A stretch of DNA of 32,000 bases from Candidatus Saccharimonadota bacterium (GTDB taxonomy: Bacteria; Bacteroidota; Bacteroidia; Flavobacteriales; Blattabacteriaceae), in contig NZ_CP059223.1 of NCBI RefSeq assembly GCF_014252415.1, positions 270,001-302,000 of the forward strand, written 5' to 3'. Shown here one piece after another: positions 19,230-29,392 of this stretch; within the stretch, counting starts at the first letter, position 1; every line of letters starts with the position of its first letter. The notes below the pieces were generated by a model. That model ran no database searches and was not told the DNA's origin. It saw only the letters and a program-made list of their open reading frames with translations. Made by a program: the position numbers and the translations under genes.

Positions 19230-19273
19230 AAATTCATTTTTTTATCTTAAAGTAAAAAAAATTTTTAGTAATC

Positions 19274-20166
19274 ATGACTTATATATCTATTTATAATTTT
19301 TATCATATTTTTCATAAAAATTTAAAAAATTTATATAAAAACAAAAAGGAATTAGATAATATATTTTTCTTATTAACTACTCATGTTCTAAAATGTGATA
19401 AAACAACTATTTTATTAAAATTAATTAATAAAGAACTAATTAATTTTTTTTTTATAAAAAATTAATTAGAAAAATTTTTAAATTAAAAGAAAATTTACCT
19501 ATTCAATATGTTATAGGAAATTCCATTTTTTTTGGAATGAAATTTATAGTTAATAAAAAAATTTTTATTCCGAGACCAGAAACTGAAGAACTTGTGAATT
19601 GGATTATTAAAAATCATTTTCATCAAAAAAATTTACAAATTTTTGATTTAGGAACAGGGAGTGGATGTATTGGCATTACATTAAAAAAAAAACTATATAA
19701 AACAGACAAAATATATGCTATAGATTATTCTGATTATATTATTAATATTGCCAATAAAAATTCTATATTAAATCATGTAGATATCTCTTTCATGAAAATA
19801 AATATACTAAATAATATAAATTCTATTTCAAAATCTATTATAAATAGAAGTACAATCAATATTGTAGTGAGTAATCCTCCTTATGTAAAAAAATCTCATA
19901 AAAAATTATTACATAACATAATTCATCATGAACCACATCATGCTATATTTGTTTCAGATAAAGATCCTATAATTTTTTATAAAAAAATTTCTTTATGGAT
20001 AAAAGAAAAATTTGATGGTATTGTTTATGTTTATTTCGAAATAAATTCACTCTATTATATAAAAATATCATCATTTTTAAAAAAAATAGGTTTTTTAGAC
20101 ATAAAAATAAAAAAAGATTTTCAAGGTTCATCAAGAATGATTTTTTCAAAATATATTAATAGTTAA
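19274..20166 (+). CDS. prmC: Release-factor glutamine N5-methyltransferase PrmC (HemK), interrupted by a 1-nt frameshift in a T10 tract (19444..19453)
   Basis: ORF 19274..19465 encodes the PrmC N-terminal helical domain. The frame of ORF 19537..20166 is open from 19444 and reads FFFYKKLIRKIFKLKENLPIQYVIGNSIFFGMKF upstream of its ATG, followed by IPRPETE, DLGTGSGCIGI and VSNPPYV. One extra T would fuse the frames. Confidence 0.85.
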
Positions 20167-20170
20167 GATT

Positions 20171-22165
20171 ATGAATAATAAAAAGACTATAATAAAAAAA
20201 ATATATAAATTGAGAAAACAATTGTTAGAATTTAATCATAAATATTATAATTTAGGTTATTCAGAGGTTTCTGATTCATTTTTTGATAAAAAATTAGAAG
20301 AATTAATTTTTTTAGAAAAAAAATATCCCGAATTATATGATTCAAATTCTCCTACTTTACAAATAGGTCATTCTCCTAATGAAGATTTTAAATCTTATAG
20401 ATATAAGATGTATTCTATTCAAAATGTATATTCTAAATATGATTTAATAAGATGGAACAAAAAAATAAAAAAATTGTTAAATAATTATTCTTTTATTTGT
20501 GAATTAAAATATGATGGAATATCTATTAATTTAATTTATGAAAAAGGTATTTTTAAACACGCAATAACTCGTGGAAATGGAACAAAAGGAAAAAATGTTA
20601 CAAAAAATGTTAAAAACAATATTAAATCTATTCCTTTAAAATTAAAAGGAGATAATATTCCACCTTATTTAGAAATAAGAGGAGAAATTTTTATAAAAAA
20701 AGATAATTTTATCAAAATTAATACTATTCGTATAAAAAATAAAAAAAATATTTATTTGAATTTAAGAAATTCAGTAAGTGGAATTATTCTTGGAAATAAA
20801 GAAAATATGTATAATATTAATTTATCATTCATTGCATTTCATCTTATTGGAAAAAAATTTTCTACTCAATATGAATCTTTATACCAAATGAATATTTGGG
20901 GGTTTAAAACTAAATATTATAATACACGGATATATAATGATTTAAATGGAGTATTTCAATTTATAAAATATTGGGAAAAAATTAAAAATAAATTATCGTA
21001 TCAAATAGATGGAATTGTCATTAAAATAAATGAATATGAAAAACAATTAGTTATAGGGACTACTAAAAAATATCCAAAATGGGCTGTAGCTTTTAAATTT
21101 AAACAAAACACATTAGAAACAAAATTAATTAATGTAAATTATCAAATAGGACGAACAGGAGTTATTACGCCTGTAGCTCAAATAAAACCTATTTTTATAT
21201 CCGGTACTACTATAAAAAAAGTTACATTATATAACAATGAATTTATTAAAAAAAATGATCTCCATTATGGAGATAGTATTATTATAGAAAAAGGTGGAGA
21301 TATTATTCCAAAACTAATAAAAATCAACAAAAAAAAAAGATTAAATATCAATACCCCAATTTTTTTTTCAAAAATATGTCCATCATGTCACAATATTTTA
21401 ACAAAACAAAATAATTTATATTATTGTAATAATAATGATTGTTCATCAAAAAGAATTATGAAATTAATTCATTTTTCAAGTGAAAACGGAATGAATATAA
21501 AAAAACTAGGAGCAAATACTATAAAAAAACTTTATAAATTAGGAATTTTATATTACTTGCATGATTTTTTCTTATTAAAAATAAATGATTTAATTAAGAT
21601 AAATAGGATAAAAAAAAAATTATCTAGTGATATCATTAATAATATAAATAATTCAAAAAAAAAATCATATCACAGAGTATTATATGCTTTAGGAATTCGT
21701 CATGTTGGAGAAGATATATCAAAAAAATTATCAGATAATTTTTATAATATCAATAATTTAATGAATGCGACTTACAAAAAGTTAATATCAATAAGTGGAA
21801 TAGGAAAAAAAATAACAAAAAGTATTATAAATTATTTTTCTGATCAAGAAAATAAATATGTAATTAAAATGCTAATCCAATGTGGATTAAATTTTTCAAA
21901 TAAAAAAAATTATATGAATTCATTCATTAGAAATAAATCATTTGTTTTTACAGGTAAATTATTTGATATGACTCGTATAGAAGCAAAAAATATTATAGAA
22001 AATTCAGGAGGAAAAGTATATAATACTATTAATAATAAAGTAGATTTTCTTGTAGTTGGTAAAAATTATGGATCAAAATTAAAAAAAAGTATTAATAAAA
22101 ATTTTATAAAAATATTAACAGAGGACTATTTTAAATCAATATTAAAAAAAGAAGGATTAATTTAA
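20171..22165 (+). CDS. ligA: NAD-dependent DNA ligase
   Basis: 664-aa ORF with adenylation motif ELKYDG, Zn-finger CPSCHNILTKQNNLYYCNNNDC, a helix-hairpin-helix region and a C-terminal BRCT (FVFTGKL). Confidence 0.94.
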   Translation: MNNKKTIIKKIYKLRKQLLEFNHKYYNLGYSEVSDSFFDKKLEELIFLEKKYPELYDSNSPTLQIGHSPNEDFKSYRYKMYSIQNVYSKYDLIRWNKKIKKLLNNYSFICELKYDGISINLIYEKGIFKHAITRGNGTKGKNVTKNVKNNIKSIPLKLKGDNIPPYLEIRGEIFIKKDNFIKINTIRIKNKKNIYLNLRNSVSGIILGNKENMYNINLSFIAFHLIGKKFSTQYESLYQMNIWGFKTKYYNTRIYNDLNGVFQFIKYWEKIKNKLSYQIDGIVIKINEYEKQLVIGTTKKYPKWAVAFKFKQNTLETKLINVNYQIGRTGVITPVAQIKPIFISGTTIKKVTLYNNEFIKKNDLHYGDSIIIEKGGDIIPKLIKINKKKRLNINTPIFFSKICPSCHNILTKQNNLYYCNNNDCSSKRIMKLIHFSSENGMNIKKLGANTIKKLYKLGILYYLHDFFLLKINDLIKINRIKKKLSSDIINNINNSKKKSYHRVLYALGIRHVGEDISKKLSDNFYNINNLMNATYKKLISISGIGKKITKSIINYFSDQENKYVIKMLIQCGLNFSNKKNYMNSFIRNKSFVFTGKLFDMTRIEAKNIIENSGGKVYNTINNKVDFLVVGKNYGSKLKKSINKNFIKILTEDYFKSILKKEGLI

Positions 22166-22313
22166 ATTTTAAAAAAATTATGTAAATAATATAATAACTA
22201 AAAAAATGATTTTTTTTTTCATAATAGAAAACAGTATATTGTAATTTATATATATTGAAACAATCATTACCATATTGCATCATTATTTAAGTAAGTATGA
22301 AATCTATTTTTTT

Positions 22314-24716
22314 ATGTTACTAAAAAATATATTTACCGAATCTGGATTCGAATCTGAAACGGAATTTATTCCATTAATGAGTCAAGATGAAGAAGATCAA
22401 CTTGTTAAAGGAGATGTTCCAAAACAATTATGTATCTTAACAGTAAGAAATATGGTTTTATATTCCGGTATTGTTTTTCCAATCATAGCAGGAAAAAGTG
22501 GATCCATACAATTATTACAAGATGCTTATGAATTGGATAAAACTGTGGGGGTATTAACTCAAAAAAATTCTGGGGTAGAAAATATTAGTGAAAAAGATTT
22601 ATACTCAATTGGAACAGTAGCTAAAATCTTGAAACTATTAAAAATGCCTGATGGAAATACAACTGTTATTTTACAAGGAAAAAAAAGATTTAAGGTTAAT
22701 CGTTTTATTCAAAAAAATCCATATTTTAAAGCAGAAATTATTGCTTTAGAAGAGAAAAAACCTTCTTGTAAAGATAAAGAATATATAGCATTAGTAGAAT
22801 CAATTAAAGAAATTGCAATAAAAATTATTCGAGATAATCCCAATCTTCCATCAGAAGCAAGTATTGCTATACGAAATATAGAAAGTCCATCTTTTTTAAT
22901 AAATTTTGTAGCAGCTAACATGAATTTAGCAACTAAATATAAACAAAAATTATTGGAATATAATGATTTAAAAAAAAGAGCAATGGAAACTTTACGTTTC
23001 TTAAACATCGAACATCAACAAATTAAATTAAAAAATGATATACAATCACGTGTTAGAAACGATATGGATCAACAACAAAGAGAATATTTTTTACATCAGC
23101 AAATTAAAGCTATACAAGAAGAATTAGGAGACATTTCATACGAAAAAGAAATTGAGGATATGCGCATAAAAGCGTCTAAAAAAAAATGGCCTAAAGAAGC
23201 AAAAAAACAGTTTGATAGAGAACTTTTAAAAATGCAAAGAACTAGTCCTCAAATGCCTGAATATACTGTACAAAGAAATTACTTAGAGTTAATGATAGAT
23301 TTACCTTGGAAAAAATACTCAAAAGATAGTTTTGATTTAGAATATGCACAAAAAATATTGAATCGATATCATTATGGTTTAGATAAAATAAAAGAACGTG
23401 TTGTAGAACATTTAGCTGTATTAAAATTAAGGGGGGATATGAAGTCTCCAATTTTATGTTTTTATGGTCCTCCAGGAGTTGGTAAAACTTCATTAGGAAA
23501 ATCTATAGCTACTGCATTGAAAAGAAAATATGTACGTATTTCACTAGGAGGTTTACATGACGAATCAGAAATACGTGGACACAGGAGGACTTATATTGGT
23601 GCAATGCCAGGAAGATTACTACAATCTATACGAAAAGTTGGAACATCAAATCCTGTTTTCGTTATCGATGAAATCGATAAAATAAGTATAGGTGCAAATG
23701 GTGATCCTTCTTCCGCAATGTTAGAAGTTTTAGATCCAGAACAAAATACATATTTTTATGATAATTTTTTAGAGATAGGGTACGATTTATCAAAAGTATT
23801 ATTCATTGCTACAGCAAATTCCTTAACTCATGTACAACCTGCTCTTATAGATAGAATGGAAATTCTAGAAATGAATGGATATACTGTAGAAGAAAAAATA
23901 CAAATAGTAAAAAAACATATTTTATCTAAACAATTAAAAGAAAATGGATTAAAAAAATCTGATCTAATTCTAGGAAATAAACAAATAGAAAAAGTTATTG
24001 AAAGTTATACGAGAGAATCTGGGTTAAGAAATCTTGAAAAACATATAGCTAAATTAGCACGTTATGCGGCTAAGCATATTGCAATGAATAAAAAGTATAT
24101 TAAACGTTTGAATATTGAAAATATAGAAAATATTTTAGGTATTCCTAGTGATCCAGATCGTTATGAAGGAAACAATGTACCAGGTGTTGTAACAGGATTA
24201 GCTTGGACTAGTTTTGGAGGGGATATTTTGTATATCGAATCTATTTTATCTAAAGGAAAAGGAAATTTAAGTATTACTGGTAATTTAGGTGAAGTTATGA
24301 AAGAATCTGCTACAATTGCGTTACAGTATATTAAATCTCATTATAAAGAATTTAATATAGATCCAATTATGTTTGAAGAAAAAAATGTACATGTACATGT
24401 ACCTGAAGGAGCAGTACCTAAAGATGGACCTTCAGCAGGTATAACTATGTTAACATCTATGGTATCTTGTTATACAAGAAGAAAATTAAGACCAAATTTA
24501 GCAATGACTGGAGAAATTACTTTAAGAGGAAAAGTATTACCTGTAGGAGGTATTACAGAAAAAATTTTAGCTGCTAAAAGAGCCAATATAAAAGAAATTA
24601 TTCTTTCACAAGAAAATAAAAAAGATGTAGAAGAAATTAAACCAGAACATTTAAAAGGATTAACTTTCGATTATGTAAAAAATATGAATGATGTTATTCA
24701 TTTATCTTTATTATAA
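22314..24716 (+). CDS. lon: ATP-dependent Lon protease
   Basis: ORF 22275..24716 begins at a TTG. I prefer the first in-frame ATG at 22314 (MLLKNIFTESGFESETEFIPLMSQDEED...). Walker A GPPGVGKTS and catalytic Ser motif PKDGPSAG are present. Confidence 0.93.
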   Translation: MLLKNIFTESGFESETEFIPLMSQDEEDQLVKGDVPKQLCILTVRNMVLYSGIVFPIIAGKSGSIQLLQDAYELDKTVGVLTQKNSGVENISEKDLYSIGTVAKILKLLKMPDGNTTVILQGKKRFKVNRFIQKNPYFKAEIIALEEKKPSCKDKEYIALVESIKEIAIKIIRDNPNLPSEASIAIRNIESPSFLINFVAANMNLATKYKQKLLEYNDLKKRAMETLRFLNIEHQQIKLKNDIQSRVRNDMDQQQREYFLHQQIKAIQEELGDISYEKEIEDMRIKASKKKWPKEAKKQFDRELLKMQRTSPQMPEYTVQRNYLELMIDLPWKKYSKDSFDLEYAQKILNRYHYGLDKIKERVVEHLAVLKLRGDMKSPILCFYGPPGVGKTSLGKSIATALKRKYVRISLGGLHDESEIRGHRRTYIGAMPGRLLQSIRKVGTSNPVFVIDEIDKISIGANGDPSSAMLEVLDPEQNTYFYDNFLEIGYDLSKVLFIATANSLTHVQPALIDRMEILEMNGYTVEEKIQIVKKHILSKQLKENGLKKSDLILGNKQIEKVIESYTRESGLRNLEKHIAKLARYAAKHIAMNKKYIKRLNIENIENILGIPSDPDRYEGNNVPGVVTGLAWTSFGGDILYIESILSKGKGNLSITGNLGEVMKESATIALQYIKSHYKEFNIDPIMFEEKNVHVHVPEGAVPKDGPSAGITMLTSMVSCYTRRKLRPNLAMTGEITLRGKVLPVGGITEKILAAKRANIKEIILSQENKKDVEEIKPEHLKGLTFDYVKNMNDVIHLSLL

Positions 24717-24762
24717 ATTCATTAATGTTAATGTAAAATAACTAATATTTAGGTAAAGAATT

Positions 24763-25980
24763 ATGATTCATAATAATGAATATTTAATAAAATTATCAGA
24801 AAAATACGGTACTCCACTATATATATATGATTCTTATAAAATTTATCAACAATATAAAAAAATGATAAATGCTTTCAAAGGTATAAATAATTTTATTATT
24901 AATTATGCATGTAAAGCAAATACAAATTTAAATATATTAAAATTTTTTAATACACTTGGAAGTGGATTAGACGCAGTTTCCATTCAAGAAATAGAAATAG
25001 GATTAATGGCAGGTTTTCCTCCTAAAAATATTATATATACTCCTAATTGTGTATCTATTCAAGAAATCATTAAAGCTGTTAAACTAGGAGTTAGAATAAA
25101 TTTAGATAATTTATCTATATTAGAACAATTTGGGGAATACTTTCCAAAATATTCCGTGGGAATTAGAATAAATCCCCATATCATGGCAGGAGCTAATTTA
25201 AAAACCTCAGTTGGTCATATTGATTCTAAATTTGGGATATCTTTTTATCAAATTCCTCATGTAAAAAGAATATTAAAAAATACAGGAATAAAAATTGATG
25301 GACTTCATATGCATACTGGTTCTGACATATTAAATATTCAATCTTTTTTAGAAGGAGCAAAAATACTATTTAAAATAGCATTAGACTTTCCCAAGGTTAA
25401 TTATATTGATTTAGGAAGTGGATTCAAAGTTTCGTATAAAAAAAAAGATGTAAAAACAGATATTTCAATGTTAAGTAATAAAATTACACATGAATTTAAT
25501 AATTTATGTAAAAATTATAAAAATAACAATTGTATAACTTTAATTATTGAACCAGGAAAATTTTTAGTTAGTGAATCTGGATATTTCTTAGTTAGAGTTA
25601 ATGTTATAAAACATACTACTTCCACTGTTTTTGCTGGAGTAGATTCAGGATTCAATCATTTTATACGTCCTATGTTTTATGACGCTTATCATCATATTGA
25701 TAATATTTCTAATCCTAATGGATGTTCACGTTTTTATACTGTAGTAGGATATATTTGTGAATCAGATACATTTGGACTAAATAGAAAAATATCTGAAATT
25801 CATGAAGGTGATATTTTATGCATAAAAAATGCAGGGGCTTATTGTTATTCTATGTCTTCTAATTATAATTCTCGTTATAGACCATCTGAAGTAATGATAT
25901 TAAATGGAAAAGATTTTTTAATAAGAAAAAGAGAAACAATGAAAGATTTAATTAAAAACATTATTGAAATTCCAATATAA
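24763..25980 (+). CDS. lysA: Diaminopimelate decarboxylase
   Basis: 405-aa ORF with PLP-lysine motif YACKAN, HMHTGS, and the fold-III decarboxylase C-terminal motif (ICESD, GAY). Confidence 0.92.
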   Translation: MIHNNEYLIKLSEKYGTPLYIYDSYKIYQQYKKMINAFKGINNFIINYACKANTNLNILKFFNTLGSGLDAVSIQEIEIGLMAGFPPKNIIYTPNCVSIQEIIKAVKLGVRINLDNLSILEQFGEYFPKYSVGIRINPHIMAGANLKTSVGHIDSKFGISFYQIPHVKRILKNTGIKIDGLHMHTGSDILNIQSFLEGAKILFKIALDFPKVNYIDLGSGFKVSYKKKDVKTDISMLSNKITHEFNNLCKNYKNNNCITLIIEPGKFLVSESGYFLVRVNVIKHTTSTVFAGVDSGFNHFIRPMFYDAYHHIDNISNPNGCSRFYTVVGYICESDTFGLNRKISEIHEGDILCIKNAGAYCYSMSSNYNSRYRPSEVMILNGKDFLIRKRETMKDLIKNIIEIPI

Positions 25981-25988
25981 GTATAGTA

Positions 25989-26074
25989 GGAGAGATGGCA
26001 GAGTGGTTAATTGCGACGGTCTTGAAAACCGTTGAGGAGTATTACCTCCGGGGGTTCGAATCCCTCTCTCTCCG
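25989..26074 (+). tRNA. tRNA-Ser (anticodon UGA)
   Basis: Hand-folded cloverleaf. Acceptor GGAGAGA/TCTCTCC. Anticodon stem ACGGT/ACCGT with loop CTTGAAA (U33, TGA, A37). Long variable arm (GAGGAGTATTACCTCC). T arm GGGGG-TTCGAAT-CCCTC. Discriminator G. No encoded CCA. Confidence 0.9.
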
Positions 26075-26087
26075 TTTTTATTATTTT

Positions 26088-27761
26088 TTAAATTTTATTT
26101 AATTTTTTTAATTGGATTTCAATATTTTCATTTGTTATTTTTTTAAAAAGAAATTTTTCATCTCCTAAATCTCCTAAAATATGTCCAGGAAATAATATTT
26201 TATCTGTATTTTCAATTTGATTCCAAATCATAAGATTAGAACGAAGCATATCCAATAATTTTCTTGATGCGTGGGGGATAAATGGTTCTGATACTTGAGC
26301 TAACATAGCTACAATCTGTATAGATACATAAATAATAGTATTAACACGTATTTTATTATTTTGATTCCATGGTTCTTCATCTGTTAAATATTTATTTCCA
26401 ATTCTAGCTAAATCCATGAAACATGTTATAGAATCTCTAAATTTATAATTTAAAATAAAATTACCTATTTTAGATGGATAATTTTTAATTTTTTTCAAAA
26501 CATTTTTATCATTTTTAGATAAAACTCCAGGAAATGGAACAATTTTATTGTTATATTTTTTTACCAAAGTCATACATCTATTTACAAAATTTCCTAATAT
26601 TGCTACGAGTTCTGTATTATTTCTTTTTTGAAAATCTTTCCAATAAAAATTACTATCTTTTTTTTCTGGCATGTTTGCAATTAACATATAACGTAAAGAA
26701 TCTTGTTGATTTGGAAAATCATTTAAGTATTCATGAATCCATACCGCCCAATTTTTCGAAGTTGATATTTTTTTATTTTCTAAATTTAAAAATTCATTAG
26801 CAAGTACTTGATGTGGTAAAATATATTTATCATCACATGCTTTTAAAATAACCGGAAATATGATAGAATGAAATACAATATTATCTTTTCCAATAAATTG
26901 GATCAACTTAGTTTTCTTATTCTTCCAATAAGAAGTCCAGTCTATTTTTTTTTTATTAGACCATTCTATTGTAGAAGAGATGTAACCTATGGGAGCTTCA
27001 AACCATACATATAAAACTTTTTTTTTTCTATTAGGAACAGGTATCCCCCAATCTAAATCTCTAGTTATTGAACGAGGTTTTAATCCATTATTTAACCATG
27101 ATTTTACTTGTCCATATACATTGATTTTCCAATTTTTTTTTTTTAAAATCCAATTTGTTATAAAATCTTGATATTCATTTAAAGGAATATACCAATGTTT
27201 AGTTTTTTTCAAACTAGGAGTAGCTCCACTAATAGTGGATATAGGATTTATTAATTCTTCAATAGATAACGAACTTCCACAAAATTCACATTGATCTCCA
27301 TAAGCTTCTTTTTTACAAAAGGGACATATTCCAGATATATATCTATCTGCTAGATATTGTTTAAATTTGTTATCAAAATATTGATTAGAAATTTTTTCAA
27401 AAATTTTTTTTTTATCGTGAAGTCTATTAAAAAAATAAATAGAAGTTCTATAATGAATTTTACTAGAAGTTCTAGAATAGTTATCAAATTGTATTCCTAA
27501 ATTAATAAAACAATTTTTTATCATATTATGATATTTATTTATAATTTCTTTAGGAGTTTTTTTTTCTTTTTTTGCCTGTATTGAAATAGGAACTCCATGT
27601 TCATCTGAACCAGATATAAAAATTACATCTTTTTCTTTTCTTCTAAGAAAACGGACAAAAATATCCGCTGGTAAATAAACTCCAGATAAATGACCGATAT
27701 GAATTGGTCCATTTGCATATGGTAACGCAGCAGTTACTATATATTTATTGTATTTTTTCAT
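26088..27761 (-). CDS. metG: Methionyl-tRNA synthetase
   Basis: ORF 26088..27830. The conserved N-terminus MKKYNKYIVTAALPYANGPIHIGH (HIGH motif) starts at internal Met24 (complement of 27759..27761). Zinc knuckle CPFCKKEAYGDQCEFCG; KMSKS equivalent KISTSK. Confidence 0.93.
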   Translation of the reverse strand: MKKYNKYIVTAALPYANGPIHIGHLSGVYLPADIFVRFLRRKEKDVIFISGSDEHGVPISIQAKKEKKTPKEIINKYHNMIKNCFINLGIQFDNYSRTSSKIHYRTSIYFFNRLHDKKKIFEKISNQYFDNKFKQYLADRYISGICPFCKKEAYGDQCEFCGSSLSIEELINPISTISGATPSLKKTKHWYIPLNEYQDFITNWILKKKNWKINVYGQVKSWLNNGLKPRSITRDLDWGIPVPNRKKKVLYVWFEAPIGYISSTIEWSNKKKIDWTSYWKNKKTKLIQFIGKDNIVFHSIIFPVILKACDDKYILPHQVLANEFLNLENKKISTSKNWAVWIHEYLNDFPNQQDSLRYMLIANMPEKKDSNFYWKDFQKRNNTELVAILGNFVNRCMTLVKKYNNKIVPFPGVLSKNDKNVLKKIKNYPSKIGNFILNYKFRDSITCFMDLARIGNKYLTDEEPWNQNNKIRVNTIIYVSIQIVAMLAQVSEPFIPHASRKLLDMLRSNLMIWNQIENTDKILFPGHILGDLGDEKFLFKKITNENIEIQLKKLNKI

Positions 27762-27793
27762 ACTATACGAAAAATTAATAACTAATATAAATA

Positions 27794-28693
27794 ATGAATA
27801 ATAAAAAAGAATTATTTTTAATAGATGCATTTCCTATTATATATCAAAGCTATTATGCTTATATAAAAAATCCACTTTTTACATCATTTGGTCTTAATAC
27901 CTCACCTATTGTTAACTTTACTAAGTTTTTAATAAATCTATTAAACATAGAAAACCCAAGTTATATGGGTGTTGTTTTTGATGGAAATAAAAAAAAAAAT
28001 TTTAGAAAAAAAAAATATAACGAATATAAAAAAAATAGAAAAAAAACACCAGTAGAAATTATTTTATCTATTCCATATATAATTCAAATTTTAAAATCAT
28101 TTCAAATATTATCTATTCATTCTGATCATGGATATGAAGCTGATGATGTTATTGGGACTATTGCTAGTCAAGCAGAAAATTGTGGATATACTGTTTATAT
28201 TATTTCTTTGGATAAAGATTTTTTACAGTTAATAACAAAAAATATTAAAGTATATATACCTCCTTTTAGAGGAAAAAAAAAGAAAATATTAAAAATAAAT
28301 GATGTAATAAAAAAATTTAATGTAGAATCTCCAAAACAATTAATAGATTTATGGGCTATGATGGGGGATCCTACTGATGGTATACCAGGATTACCTGGAA
28401 TAGGAGAAAAAAATGCAAAAAAATTTATAAAAAAATACGGAACTATTGAAAAATTATTTAATTCAATAAAAAATTTTAATAAAAATATTAAAAAAAAAAT
28501 TGAAATAAATAAAGATATAGGTCTTTTGTCTAAACAATTAGTAACAATAGTAACTAATATACCAAATATTAAATTTAATGAAAATGAATTTTTTATAAAA
28601 GATCCTAATTTTGATTCTATTAAAAATATTTTTAATAAATTGGAATTTTTTTCTTTATTAAAAAAAGCTTATAAATACTATAAAAAAAAATAA
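27794..28693 (+). CDS. Stand-alone 5'-3' exonuclease (Pol I N-terminal / FEN-like domain only)
   Basis: 299-aa ORF with EADDVIGT, SLDKDFLQL and the H3TH motif GDPTDGIPGLPGIGEKNAKKFI. It ends at a TAA 5 bp before the convergent nadD, so no 3'-5' exonuclease or polymerase domain follows. Confidence 0.88.
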   Translation: MNNKKELFLIDAFPIIYQSYYAYIKNPLFTSFGLNTSPIVNFTKFLINLLNIENPSYMGVVFDGNKKKNFRKKKYNEYKKNRKKTPVEIILSIPYIIQILKSFQILSIHSDHGYEADDVIGTIASQAENCGYTVYIISLDKDFLQLITKNIKVYIPPFRGKKKKILKINDVIKKFNVESPKQLIDLWAMMGDPTDGIPGLPGIGEKNAKKFIKKYGTIEKLFNSIKNFNKNIKKKIEINKDIGLLSKQLVTIVTNIPNIKFNENEFFIKDPNFDSIKNIFNKLEFFSLLKKAYKYYKKK

Positions 28694-28698
28694 AAGTT

Positions 28699-29271
28699 TT
28701 AACGATATATATTATATTTTATAATATAGTTCCATACTCTTGGATCAAGTAACGATCTAACATTTTTTCCTATTTGTATTGAACTTCGAATAAAAGATGA
28801 GGATATATCAATAATAGGAGCGTTTTTTAAAAAAATAATTTTCTTTATATTATGAAATATAGGAATATCAAATTTCCCCAATCTAGGATAAACAATGATT
28901 TCATTTTCACTCAAAATTAATTGATAATCTTTCCATTTTATTAAAGAAGAAAGAATATCTTTACCAATTAAAAAATAAAATTTTTTAGTAGGATACATCA
29001 TTTTAATTCGATTTAGAGTATGAATAGTATAAGAAGGATAAAATCCAGATTCAATATCAAAAACATACATTCTTTTAAAATTTTTTATTGCCATTTTTAC
29101 CATAAATTCTCTTATGTTATAATCGATAAGATTATATTTTAAAGGATTTTTAGGAGATACAATAAACCAAATGTGATTAATATTTTTTACAAATTCTAAT
29201 ACATAATTAGCGATAATTATGTGTCCTATATGAATTGGATTAAATGAACCAAAATATAATACTATTTTCAT
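28699..29271 (-). CDS. nadD: Nicotinate-nucleotide adenylyltransferase
   Basis: 190-aa ORF with nucleotidyltransferase motif GSFNPIHIGH and C-terminal ISSSFIRS. Confidence 0.9.
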   Translation of the reverse strand: MKIVLYFGSFNPIHIGHIIIANYVLEFVKNINHIWFIVSPKNPLKYNLIDYNIREFMVKMAIKNFKRMYVFDIESGFYPSYTIHTLNRIKMMYPTKKFYFLIGKDILSSLIKWKDYQLILSENEIIVYPRLGKFDIPIFHNIKKIIFLKNAPIIDISSSFIRSSIQIGKNVRSLLDPRVWNYIIKYNIYR

Positions 29272-29392
29272 ATAAAAAATAAATTATTACAGTATTATTA
29301 CTCATACGATTAATGAATAAAATCATACATAATTATGATATATTTTATTTCTTTACAAAAGAAACCAATAAACAAACTTTCATAATTAAAAC

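Noticed and set aside
19230-19273. Replication origin near mnmE/rsmG-type genes at the strand-switch between the long minus-strand block and the plus-strand block.
   Set aside because: The spacer is only 44 bp with no DnaA-box-like repeats. Gene-strand switching alone is insufficient evidence; cumulative GC skew over the whole genome would be needed.
22236-22277. Three ATATTG motifs (22236, 22252, 22272) in the 148-bp spacer upstream of lon, considered as a heat-shock or promoter element.
   Set aside because: The motif is short and AT-rich, the spacing is irregular (16 and 20 bp), and it matches no known CIRCE, sigma-32 or Bacteroidota promoter consensus.
22275-22313. TTG-initiated 13-codon extension of lon.
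   Set aside because: The first in-frame ATG at 22314 gives an N-terminus consistent with Lon. Nothing supports the TTG, so it is kept only as an alternative start.
27762-27830. 23-codon 5' extension of metG that resembles a signal peptide or transmembrane helix (MHLLKIILFYYSLFILVINFSYS).
   Set aside because: The MetRS Rossmann fold begins at MKKYNKYIVTAALPYANGPIHIGH. The extension overlaps the 5'-3' exonuclease coding start on the other strand, and a secreted MetRS is implausible.
29272-29392. Weak inverted repeat ATCATA-N6-TATGAT and duplicated TCATAC in the nadD/ftsK divergent spacer, considered as a small RNA or operator.
   Set aside because: The 6-bp all-AT-rich stems have negligible stability. 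The spacer is about the size needed for two divergent promoters.
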